A stretch of 64,000 bases of DNA, taken from the NCBI GenBank assembly GCA_051251855.1, contig JBPOGI010000004.1:96001-160000 (forward strand). Reading direction: 5' to 3'. This document shows, one piece after another, positions 18,300 through 26,793 of the stretch; the stretch's first letter is position 1; every line of letters starts with the position of its first letter. Under the pieces are notes generated by a model, which saw nothing but the letters and a program-made list of their open reading frames with translations, searched no databases and was not told the origin of the DNA. A program made the translations under genes and the position numbers. The DNA is from Roseibacillus sp. (GTDB lineage Bacteria > Verrucomicrobiota > Verrucomicrobiia > Verrucomicrobiales > Akkermansiaceae).

Positions 18300-21209
18300 A
18301 TGCCAACCCAATCCGAACAAGTCCTGGAAGATAATCTCGTCGCTCAACTGGTGGGACAGGATTACCCAAAGGTCGCCGTCACTGATGAAGAATCGATGTT
18401 GGCCAACCTCAAGGCGCAGTTGGAGGCCTTCAATGAAGTGGCCCTGACGCCGGGTGAGTTTACCAAGGTGCTGCATCACCTCAACAAGAGCGCGGGCGTC
18501 TTCAACAAAGCGAAGACCCTCCGCGATCGGATGAGGCTGGAGCGGAAGGATGGCAGCTCCAAGTATCTCGATTTCTTTGATTCCGATACTCCCCTGCGCA
18601 ATCGCTATCAGGTCACGCAGCAGGTGACGATGGAGGGCAGTTACAAGAATCGTTACGACGTGACCATCCTCGTCAACGGACTGCCACTGGTGCAAATCGA
18701 GCTCAAGCGACGCGGGCTGGAGATGAAGGAAGCTTTCAATCAAATTCAGCGCTACCAGAAGCACACCTTCTGGAGCGGTCATGGCCTCTTCCACTTCGTG
18801 CAACTCTTCGTCATCAGCAATGGGGTGAACACCAAGTATTACGCCAATGCGCGGAAGCAGAGCTTCAAGCAAACCTTCTACTGGGCGCAGGAGGACAACA
18901 CCACCATCCGCGGGTTGAGGCCATTCGCCGACACCTTCCTGAACCGCGAGCACCTCGGCACTATGATTGGCAAATATGTGGTGCTCAACGAGACCGACAA
19001 GATCCTGATGGTGCTGCGCCCCTACCAATACTACGCCACCGAGAAGATCGTGGAGCGAGTGATGAATCCTCCTGCCGAAAATGCTAACGGCTATATCTGG
19101 CACACTACGGGTTCGGGTAAGACCCTCACCTCCTTCAAAGCGGCGCAGCTCATGACGGCCCTTCCGGATGTCCACAAGGTGGTTTTTTGCGTGGATCGCA
19201 AGGACTTGGATTACCAGACCATTAAGGAGTTCAACGGCTTCAGCAAAGGCAGCGTCGATAGCACGAACAACACTAAAAAGCTGGTCGAACAGTTCACCGA
19301 CGACACCAAACTGATCGTCACGACCTTGCAGAAGCTGAACACGGCGATCAGCAAACAGAAGTATCTGGCACAGATGGCTGGACTTCAAAACGAGCGCATC
19401 ATCTTCATCTTCGACGAGTGCCACCGCAGCCAGTTCGGCGATACCCATCAGCGCATTTGTGGCTTCTTCCAAAAGCATCAGATGTTTGGCTTCACGGGCA
19501 CGCCCATTTTCGCCGACAACGCGGCTCCTCTCTCCAAGAGCAAAAAGGAGAAGCAGAAACAGGTGGTGGAGGAGGCTCAGGTGGTCTACGGCTCTCCAGC
19601 GCGGACCACGAAGGATCTCTTCCACGAGAAGCTCCACTCCTACGTGATCACCGATGCCATCAAGGATGAGAACGTGCTGAAGTTTTCGGTGGAATATGTC
19701 GGGCGTTACAAAAAGAAGGAAAGCGACACCGTTGCGGCCGACATTGAGGTCGAGGCCATCAACACCAAGGAGGTGGTCGAGGATGATCGCCGGCTGGAGA
19801 AGATCGCGGACTACATCATCGACCATCATCAGGTGAAAACGCGGAACAAGGAGTTCACCGCGATGTTTTGCGTGAGTTCGGTGGACATGCTCATCAAGTA
19901 TTACGAACTCTTCGCCAAGAAGAAGGACGAGGGAACGCACAAGCTCCGCGTGGCGACTATCTTCAGCTATACCGCGAATGAGGTGGACTCGGATGCGGAT
20001 GGGATTCTCGATGAAGATAGCGAAATCATCGGCGGGGAGGGAGGCAATCCACACACCCGGGAAAAGCTGGATGGCTTCATCAGCGACTACAACGCGATGT
20101 TCGACACCAAGTATTCCACCAAGGACACCCAGTCTTTCTACAACTATTATCAGGACATCGCCAAGAAGGTGAAGGAGCGCAAGGTGGACGTCCTGCTGGT
20201 GGTGAACATGTTCCTGACGGGGTTCGACAGCAAGTCCCTGAACACGATGTATGTGGACAAGAACTTGAAATACCATGGGCTGATCCAAGCCTACTCCCGC
20301 ACGAATCGAATCCTTAACGAGGTCAAGAGTCAGGGCAATATCGTCGTTTTCAGGAATCTCAAAAAAGCGACAGACAAGGCGGTGGCTCTCTTCTCTAACA
20401 AAGAGGCTAAGGAGAGTATCTTTGTCCCTCCCTACAACGACTATGTGAAGAAATTCAATGAGGTGGTTGTAGAGCTGCTCACTCTCACGCCCACCGTCCG
20501 CGACGTGAAGGAGCTCCCTGATGAAGAGGCTGAACTGAAGTTCGTCAGGATTTTTAGGGAGCTGATGCGCTTGCGGAATATTCTGGAATCCTTTTCGGAG
20601 TTCGAAGACGACAACTTGGCTTTACCAGCCCAGCGTTTCGCCGACTACCGCAGCGCCTATCTAGATCTTTACGACAAGGTGAAGACGGACAACCGGAAAG
20701 AGAAGGCCTCCATTCTCGACGACGTGGACTTCGAGCTTGAGCTGATTCATCGCGACGTCATCAACGTGCAATACATTCTCTCCCTTCTGGCCCAGCTCTA
20801 CGAAGCCGACGGAGACCAACAGCCACAAATTCGCAATCTCATTCTGGATTCGGTCGCGGGCGAGCTCGAACTCCGCAGTAAACGAGAGCTCATCCAAAAG
20901 TTCATCGACAGCACCCTCCCCGATCTTGGGAGTGCCGCTGAGATCCCGGACTCCTTCGAGGACTTCTGGGAACAAGAGCGTCTCTCCGCCTTCGAACAAC
21001 TCGTGAAAGAGGAGGAGCTGGATGCGGACAAGCTCAAGAAGGTCATCGACCGCTTCGTCTACACCGGCAAGAAGCCATTGCCCGACCCCGACATTGTCGA
21101 ACTGATCGAACGGCCGCTCAAACTGGTAGAACGTGCTCCGACAAGAAAGCGAGTGCTAGAAAAGGTCGTCGACTTTGTGGAGACCTTCATCCAAGGAATT
21201 GCTGCGTAG
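18300..21209 (+). CDS. hsdR: Type I restriction endonuclease subunit R
   Basis: RYDVTILVNGLPLVQIELK nuclease motif, LRPYQ, HTTGSGKT, DECHRS, FGFTGTP, MFLTGFD, QAYSRTNR. Confidence 0.97.
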   Translation: MPTQSEQVLEDNLVAQLVGQDYPKVAVTDEESMLANLKAQLEAFNEVALTPGEFTKVLHHLNKSAGVFNKAKTLRDRMRLERKDGSSKYLDFFDSDTPLRNRYQVTQQVTMEGSYKNRYDVTILVNGLPLVQIELKRRGLEMKEAFNQIQRYQKHTFWSGHGLFHFVQLFVISNGVNTKYYANARKQSFKQTFYWAQEDNTTIRGLRPFADTFLNREHLGTMIGKYVVLNETDKILMVLRPYQYYATEKIVERVMNPPAENANGYIWHTTGSGKTLTSFKAAQLMTALPDVHKVVFCVDRKDLDYQTIKEFNGFSKGSVDSTNNTKKLVEQFTDDTKLIVTTLQKLNTAISKQKYLAQMAGLQNERIIFIFDECHRSQFGDTHQRICGFFQKHQMFGFTGTPIFADNAAPLSKSKKEKQKQVVEEAQVVYGSPARTTKDLFHEKLHSYVITDAIKDENVLKFSVEYVGRYKKKESDTVAADIEVEAINTKEVVEDDRRLEKIADYIIDHHQVKTRNKEFTAMFCVSSVDMLIKYYELFAKKKDEGTHKLRVATIFSYTANEVDSDADGILDEDSEIIGGEGGNPHTREKLDGFISDYNAMFDTKYSTKDTQSFYNYYQDIAKKVKERKVDVLLVVNMFLTGFDSKSLNTMYVDKNLKYHGLIQAYSRTNRILNEVKSQGNIVVFRNLKKATDKAVALFSNKEAKESIFVPPYNDYVKKFNEVVVELLTLTPTVRDVKELPDEEAELKFVRIFRELMRLRNILESFSEFEDDNLALPAQRFADYRSAYLDLYDKVKTDNRKEKASILDDVDFELELIHRDVINVQYILSLLAQLYEADGDQQPQIRNLILDSVAGELELRSKRELIQKFIDSTLPDLGSAAEIPDSFEDFWEQERLSAFEQLVKEEELDADKLKKVIDRFVYTGKKPLPDPDIVELIERPLKLVERAPTRKRVLEKVVDFVETFIQGIAA

Positions 21210-21212
21210 ACA

Positions 21213-21275
21213 GGAGAGGCGACCTTTACTGTCGCCTGCTAGAACCTCCGGCGGCAATAAAGGCCGCCGCTCCAT
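21213..21275. repeat. REP doublet copy F (identical to 10441-10503)
   Basis: 63-bp exact match; fills the gap between convergent stop codons. Confidence 0.9.
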
Positions 21276-22013
21276 TCAGTCTTGAATCAGCTCAATGCCG
21301 TCTTCGTCGACATAAACAACTGGAAGCTTACCAAGGCTTTTGAGTTGGCCTTGGATGCGGACGGGTTCGGCGACGAGGGGGAGGACGAGGTCGTTAATGG
21401 GTTGGCCTTGTTCGCCGACCATCAGGGTGTAGGTCGCGTTTCCTTCTGGATCTCGCACCACGAGGACGGGGGGAATGCCGCCGGAGATGCAGTTGATGGC
21501 GCAGGCGCGGTGAGGCTTGAGGTTGCCGGGATTCATGACGCCGAGGTAGCATTTGGAGTCCACGATTTCGCCTTCTAACACCACTGGACCCTGCTCCTTG
21601 AGCGCGGGAATGATGTTGTCTCCCGAATGCTCCACTTCGCGCACGGTTTCCGCCAAACCTTCGATCATCTCCTGACCATCGCGGGAAATGAGGGTGCCGT
21701 TCAGGGTCACTCGTTTGAGATGAAACTTGGCTGCGGTCTCTTCATCGAAACCAAACTTGAGCGGGTTCACCAGAAAGCGGACTTCGTTATCGTCTCCGAT
21801 GAGGATAGGCGCGGGTTCCTTGAGAAGAATCCCGGTAAATTCTTTCGTCTCCAAATCCCACTTGGCATCCTTGGCCACGGTTCGCTGCATCGCAGAAACC
21901 GCCACCGCAGTGACCGCCACGATGAGAGCCGTCACAATCACCAGCCGTTTCAAGAAACGTCCGTTTTCCTGAGGTGCTTTCCCCTGCCAGCCAATAAAAA
22001 ATTCTTCACTCAT
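21276..22013 (-). CDS. Membrane-anchored conserved hypothetical protein with Cys/His motif
   Basis: One TM near N-terminus; GEIVDSKCYLGVMNPG..KPHRACAINCISGGIPP; ATGA overlap with upstream gene. Confidence 0.75.
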   Translation of the reverse strand: MSEEFFIGWQGKAPQENGRFLKRLVIVTALIVAVTAVAVSAMQRTVAKDAKWDLETKEFTGILLKEPAPILIGDDNEVRFLVNPLKFGFDEETAAKFHLKRVTLNGTLISRDGQEMIEGLAETVREVEHSGDNIIPALKEQGPVVLEGEIVDSKCYLGVMNPGNLKPHRACAINCISGGIPPVLVVRDPEGNATYTLMVGEQGQPINDLVLPLVAEPVRIQGQLKSLGKLPVVYVDEDGIELIQD

Positions 22014-23050
22014 ACTGTTTCAATTGTTGCTGGTTCCACCGACACGCCAGTGCCTTCCGGCTGCTGACTCACCCAGACATCGCCTTTGATGATCTTCACC
22101 TGAAAGACAGGAATCTTCTCCGTGAAGGGCGGTGGCGAGCAGCCGTCCTCCATCTTGTACTGATAGCCATGCCAAGGGCAGGTGAGACAACCGGAGACAA
22201 ACTTTCCTTCCGTGAGGGGACCATTCTGATGCTGACAAACGCCCGAGACCGCCGAGACTTTGTTGCCTTCGTAAAGCACCACCGCCACTCGCTCTCCATC
22301 GACGGTGACGCCGTGTGGAGTGTCTTCCACCAAATCAGCGACTGCACACACTTTCACAAAGCCATCTTGACGTTCCCCGTCCCACTCCTCGTCAATCCCC
22401 CGCTGGCGAAACCCTGCCAGTAAGTGCGCTCCGCCCACCGCGACCACACCCACTCCTGAGAGCACCGCATAGACGGGATGAGTCTCCGCTTGCAGAACAC
22501 CAAAGGCGACGTGAACCACCAAGAGCACAAAGGCCACATAGACGAGCATGTGCAGCGCCCTCCAAACTGGAGCGGTGAGATTGGCGAGCCAGAAGTCATG
22601 ACTGGTCGCCGCCATCGCAAAGAGAATCAACAAGGCAAAAAATCCAAAGGCTTGGAACGGAAAGGAACCCATGGTCGCTCCTGCATCGCTGGTGAAGATG
22701 GAGACGATGGGATTCACGTTGCCCCAGGAGTGATAGTAGAGCGTCACCAAGGCGGCATGAATGAGTGCGAGCAGGAACATGGTCACTCCCAAGTGGCGGC
22801 GATTGTAGAGCACCGGCAACCACCGCTTATCCAAGCGAGCCAGCGGGCCGATGAGCAAGATGAAGTGCAGCAAGAGCCAAGCCGCTGTCGAGGTGGCGCG
22901 CATCAAGAGAATCATGATGTCGAAGCTCGGATTGAGCGCGAGCCCCACTCCGATGAAAGCCACCAAATAGACCACCACCGAGACTACGAGAATAAGGTCG
23001 TAGCGCTTCTTAAAGGCATTCCAGCCTACTCCTTTATAAGCGGCGCTCAT
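22010..23050 (-). CDS. Ferric-reductase-like (MsrQ-type) heme b membrane domain fused to Rieske [2Fe-2S] domain
   Basis: About six TMs, NRRHLGV, LIH, AATS, WRALHMLVY, VVH; C-terminal CQHQNGPL...CPWHGYQY. Confidence 0.88.
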   Translation of the reverse strand: MSAAYKGVGWNAFKKRYDLILVVSVVVYLVAFIGVGLALNPSFDIMILLMRATSTAAWLLLHFILLIGPLARLDKRWLPVLYNRRHLGVTMFLLALIHAALVTLYYHSWGNVNPIVSIFTSDAGATMGSFPFQAFGFFALLILFAMAATSHDFWLANLTAPVWRALHMLVYVAFVLLVVHVAFGVLQAETHPVYAVLSGVGVVAVGGAHLLAGFRQRGIDEEWDGERQDGFVKVCAVADLVEDTPHGVTVDGERVAVVLYEGNKVSAVSGVCQHQNGPLTEGKFVSGCLTCPWHGYQYKMEDGCSPPPFTEKIPVFQVKIIKGDVWVSQQPEGTGVSVEPATIETV

Positions 23051-23199
23051 GAGTCTTTTCCTTTCTCCAAGGCTTGAGGAACCTCCTCCATCACCGGCAT
23101 TTCCACTCGATTAACGAGCGCATAAGCCAGCGCCGCCAAGGCTAAAGGGGCGAGAATGAGCCATATGAGGCGATGTTGTTTTCTGAGATTTCGTTGCAT
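23047..23199 (-). CDS. Small single-TM protein (50 aa, below the ORF-track cutoff)
   Basis: MQRNLRKQHRLIWLILAPLALAALAYALVNRVEMPVMEEVPQALEKGKDS; starts 3 bp after upstream stop, ATGA overlap downstream. Confidence 0.75.
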   Translation of the reverse strand: MQRNLRKQHRLIWLILAPLALAALAYALVNRVEMPVMEEVPQALEKGKDS

Positions 23200-23202
23200 T
23201 AT

Positions 23203-23430
23203 TTAACGGTGGGCAGAGTTCTCGACAGGCGGTTGCGCTTTCTTAATCCAACGCTTCAAAAGAAGGGGCCAAAAGAGAGCGACTCCTGGGAAAATGAAGA
23301 GCTTGAACCCTTTGCTGCCTTCCTCGGCCGCGGGATCGATTGCTCTCGCCCCCTTGAGAACAAATGGAATCGCGAACACGACTCCGAGCAGGAAGTAGAC
23401 TCCCACCATTATCAAAACTATTTCCAACAC
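23203..23430 (-). CDS. Small two-TM membrane protein
   Basis: 75 aa, YFLLGVVFAIPF...IDP...GFKLFIFPG..LFWPLL; first gene of tightly coupled operon. Confidence 0.75.
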   Translation of the reverse strand: MLEIVLIMVGVYFLLGVVFAIPFVLKGARAIDPAAEEGSKGFKLFIFPGVALFWPLLLKRWIKKAQPPVENSAHR

Positions 23431-23513
23431 GACTCTAGACTACACATTCGAAAACTTCTCACAAGAGACAGCTTTGAAGCGGGAACACATCCCTTGCGGT
23501 AAGACGGACCAGT

Positions 23514-23539
23514 GGGGCGGCTTGCAAAGCCACGCTCCC
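23514..23539 (-). repeat. Second REP-like family, single unit
   Basis: ggggcggcttgcaaagccacgctccc; matches gcggcttgaaaaaccacgctccc at 44844-44866. Confidence 0.55.
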
Positions 23540-23550
23540 GTGTCTGCAGC

Positions 23551-24921
23551 TTAGCTATCATATTTTCTTACTTCTTTGATGGCCTGCACGGCGGCATCTA
23601 ACAAGAGCTCAGGCAAAGCGGGATGAACATACATCATCTCGGCCATCTCCCGCACGTCGTTTTTCAATCGCATGATGGCGAGGACTTGATGCAAGACGGT
23701 GGAAGATTCTGGGCCCACGAGGTGACACCCCAAGATGGAGTAGTCGTCAGGATTGACCAAGAGCTTGATGCGAGGGTAGTCCAAACGCGATGCCATGGCG
23801 CGAGCGCTCGCCTTCCAATCTTGAAAGACCTTCACGTAAGGAGTGCCCGCCTTTTCCAGCTCTTGCTCAGTGGCTCCGACAGCGGCTACTTCTGGATGAG
23901 TGAAAACGCCATGCGGCACCCTATCGTGATTCATCGATCCCGTTTCTCCCTTCAACAACACCTGCCGCAAGTAATGAACATGATAGCTCGCCACATGTTG
24001 AAGCTGGATATTCCCAGAGACATCTCCCGCCGCGTAGACGCCCTCCACATTGGTTCGGAGAGAATCATCGACCTCAAAGAATCCCCGTCGGTCCGTTTTC
24101 AAATCAGTATTCTCAAGCCCGATATCGTCGGTATTGGCTATGCGACCAATGGCAAAGAGCACTTTCTCGCTTTCGTGAGTCGAAGTGCTGCCATCGCTAT
24201 GCTTGAGCTCCAACTTCACGCCATCAGCGACATCCTCAACCGCAGCAACCTCGACCCCGAAAGTTGTCGGCACATGTTGGGTGAACTGCTCTTGGAAGAC
24301 TTCTACGATATCCTTGTCCTCAATCGGCAAGAGCCCCTCACCGCGCACCAGCAATCGAGTCTCGATTCCCACTGCGGCAAAGAACGAGGCCAACTCGCAA
24401 GCAATAAAGCCACCACCCACAATGGTGATCGAGCGCGGCGGTGGACCCTCGAGCGGAAAGATATTTTCGTTGGTCCACACATGAGGCCCACTGAAAGGAG
24501 TCGGGCTCGGACGCGTGCCAGTGGCGACTACGACCGTCTCCCCTTCTAACTGCTCTCCATTCACCTCAACCTGTTTGTTAGAGAGAAAGCGACCTTGCCC
24601 TCGATAAAGATCCACCCCATCGAGACGGCTTTCATAACGCGGGTCCACCCCCTTCACCCAATCACCCACATCCTGAAAGATACGATCCACATCAATGGAC
24701 TTAATCTCGGCATCGATAAAGTGACGGTCCGCACCCCTCACCGCCAGCGCAGCTTCCGCAAAGCCAATCAACAACTTGGAAGGCACACAGCCCGTATTGG
24801 GACAAGTGCCCCCCAAGCGGTCCCGCTCGATGAGAGCGACACTTTTTCCAGCCTTCGCCGCCGCCATCGCCAACCCCGAGGCACGACCGCCTCCTATTAC
24901 TATCAAATCGTATTTTTTCAT
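23551..24921 (-). CDS. Class I pyridine nucleotide-disulfide oxidoreductase (mycothione reductase/lipoamide dehydrogenase family)
   Basis: YDLIVIGGG, GGTCPNTGCVPSK, IVGGGFIACE, YAAGDV, C-terminal HPALPE. Confidence 0.9.
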   Translation of the reverse strand: MKKYDLIVIGGGRASGLAMAAAKAGKSVALIERDRLGGTCPNTGCVPSKLLIGFAEAALAVRGADRHFIDAEIKSIDVDRIFQDVGDWVKGVDPRYESRLDGVDLYRGQGRFLSNKQVEVNGEQLEGETVVVATGTRPSPTPFSGPHVWTNENIFPLEGPPPRSITIVGGGFIACELASFFAAVGIETRLLVRGEGLLPIEDKDIVEVFQEQFTQHVPTTFGVEVAAVEDVADGVKLELKHSDGSTSTHESEKVLFAIGRIANTDDIGLENTDLKTDRRGFFEVDDSLRTNVEGVYAAGDVSGNIQLQHVASYHVHYLRQVLLKGETGSMNHDRVPHGVFTHPEVAAVGATEQELEKAGTPYVKVFQDWKASARAMASRLDYPRIKLLVNPDDYSILGCHLVGPESSTVLHQVLAIMRLKNDVREMAEMMYVHPALPELLLDAAVQAIKEVRKYDS

Positions 24922-24964
24922 TTCCTATCCGCTTCAAAAAACCGCCAAAACTGAAACCCTACTC

Positions 24965-25726
24965 CTAAACTTGGTGCTCTGGGCTCGCCCAACCAGTCTT
25001 GCAGCCAGAGCTCCAGGCTTTGGGACTGTTACCATGAGCAGGAATTCCTCCTGCGTCCTTCAACATGCGTGCCATGTGGAGGGTATTCCAAACAAGAAAA
25101 GTGGTGTTGCGATTGGTAAAGTCATTCTCCGGCCCACCCGATCCTTCGTCCATGTAGGAAGGTCCTGGCCCCGCCTCTCCCATCCAACCTGCATCCGGTT
25201 GCGGCGGAATGGTGTATCCAATGTGCGAAAGCGAGAACAAGATGTTCATCGCGCAGTGCTTCACCCCGTCTTCGTTTCCGGTAATGAGGCAAGCCCCGAC
25301 ATCGCCATAAGGACGATTCTGCTCTTTCTCGTTAAGTTGACCAGTATAGCCATACATGCGCTCAAAGACGCGGTTGCATACCGAGGTCTTTTCCCCCAAC
25401 CAAACCGAGGTGCACACAATCAAAATATCAGCGGCGTCGATCTCTTTCTGAATCTGCGGCCAGTCATCTTTGTCCCACTCAGGTGTCTCCGACATGTCTA
25501 AACCGAGCCCAGCAGGAATCTCATAGTCGACGGGTCGAATGATTTTGGTCTGAGCTCCGTTCGCTTCGTAAATCCCCTGCGCTACTTTAATCAACCCTTC
25601 GGTATGCGAGCGGCGAGGGGTGCGCTCAAGAGTGCAGTTGAGGAAGAGGACCTTAAGATCATCATACGTTGCGGGAGCCTTGGTGCCGCATTGAAGGGCC
25701 TTCATCTTTTCAAGTTGTTCTGACAT
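24965..25726 (-). CDS. Multimeric flavodoxin / NADPH-dependent FMN reductase family protein
   Basis: LFLNCTL...SHTEGL, AADILIVCTSVWLG, LITGNEDG; start placed at MSEQLEKM. Confidence 0.85.
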   Translation of the reverse strand: MSEQLEKMKALQCGTKAPATYDDLKVLFLNCTLERTPRRSHTEGLIKVAQGIYEANGAQTKIIRPVDYEIPAGLGLDMSETPEWDKDDWPQIQKEIDAADILIVCTSVWLGEKTSVCNRVFERMYGYTGQLNEKEQNRPYGDVGACLITGNEDGVKHCAMNILFSLSHIGYTIPPQPDAGWMGEAGPGPSYMDEGSGGPENDFTNRNTTFLVWNTLHMARMLKDAGGIPAHGNSPKAWSSGCKTGWASPEHQV

Positions 25727-25983
25727 CTGATTGTGTTGGTTCGTTTGCGGTTTGCGGTTGCGGTGTCCCTGAGGAGGTTTCGAGAACACCTAGTCTCGTC
25801 TCACGAAACCAATCTTCTCCCTACGCTCACTCTCCTTGATAGCCAAAATCCACCCGCTCTTCGAACGAAATCAGCAACCATTTCAACCTTCGTCCTTCAT
25901 TCACGAAGGAACGAGGATAAGAGCCAAGGGAGAGAACTTTATTCCCCAGATATTCCTACCCAATGGAACAGGCTGCAAATCGC

Positions 25984-26562
25984 CTAGGAACGGCGCAAAA
26001 TCAACTGCAAGACTTCCTCACGGGAAGACGCATTGTCGCGAAAAATCCCCCGCATCGATGAAGTCACCGTTTCGCTACCTGGCTTTTTAATACCGCGCAT
26101 CGACATGCACATGTGTTGAGCCTCCAAGACAACGGCCACTCCTCGAGGCTTCAGCTTTTCCTCGATCGCGTTCGCAATCTGACTGGTAAGACGCTCTTGC
26201 ACTTGTGGTCTTTTGGCAAAGCCATCAACCAGTCGCGCTAACTTAGACAACCCCGTAATCCGGCCATCGGGCTCGGGCAAATAACCCACATGAGCTCTCC
26301 CAAAGAACGGAACGAGATGATGTTCGCATATGGAGTAGAAAGTAATGTCCCGTACCACAATGACTTCATCATGATCGACCTCGAAAGTCTTGTTGAGGTG
26401 TTCAGCCGGATCTTCCATCAAGCCACCACAAACTTCCGTAAAGTAACGTGCCACCCGGTCAGGCGTATCCAAAAGACCATCTCGTTCTGGGTCCTCCCCT
26501 ATCGCTGCGAGAATTTCTTTCACAGCCTTCGCGATTCGGTCTTGGTCTACTTCTTTACTCAT
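25984..26562 (-). CDS. folE: GTP cyclohydrolase I
   Basis: [46 protein letters not shown]; start at MSKEVD. Confidence 0.97.
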   Translation of the reverse strand: MSKEVDQDRIAKAVKEILAAIGEDPERDGLLDTPDRVARYFTEVCGGLMEDPAEHLNKTFEVDHDEVIVVRDITFYSICEHHLVPFFGRAHVGYLPEPDGRITGLSKLARLVDGFAKRPQVQERLTSQIANAIEEKLKPRGVAVVLEAQHMCMSMRGIKKPGSETVTSSMRGIFRDNASSREEVLQLILRRS

Positions 26563-26793
26563 AAAGTCTCGGTAACGGGGGCGAGTATATCCTCTCCCCC
26601 ACAAAGTTACCAACCTTGAGGAAGAAAAAGTCTCTCTTCTCATCTCCGAAGTGTTCCTGCTTTTTGAGGACTGAGTAATCCCACCTCACTTTGGACTACA
26701 AAATGCAGCGAAATTCGGAATCAGGCCCCTCCGTTTCTCTCTTGCGGCAGGCCGAACATTTTGACAACCTGCCCGTAACAACAACGCTCGAAA

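Noticed and set aside
18294..20288. 664-aa minus-strand ORF
   Set aside because: Antisense shadow of hsdR with no recognisable domain
23623..24549. 308-aa plus-strand ORF
   Set aside because: Antisense shadow of the disulfide reductase
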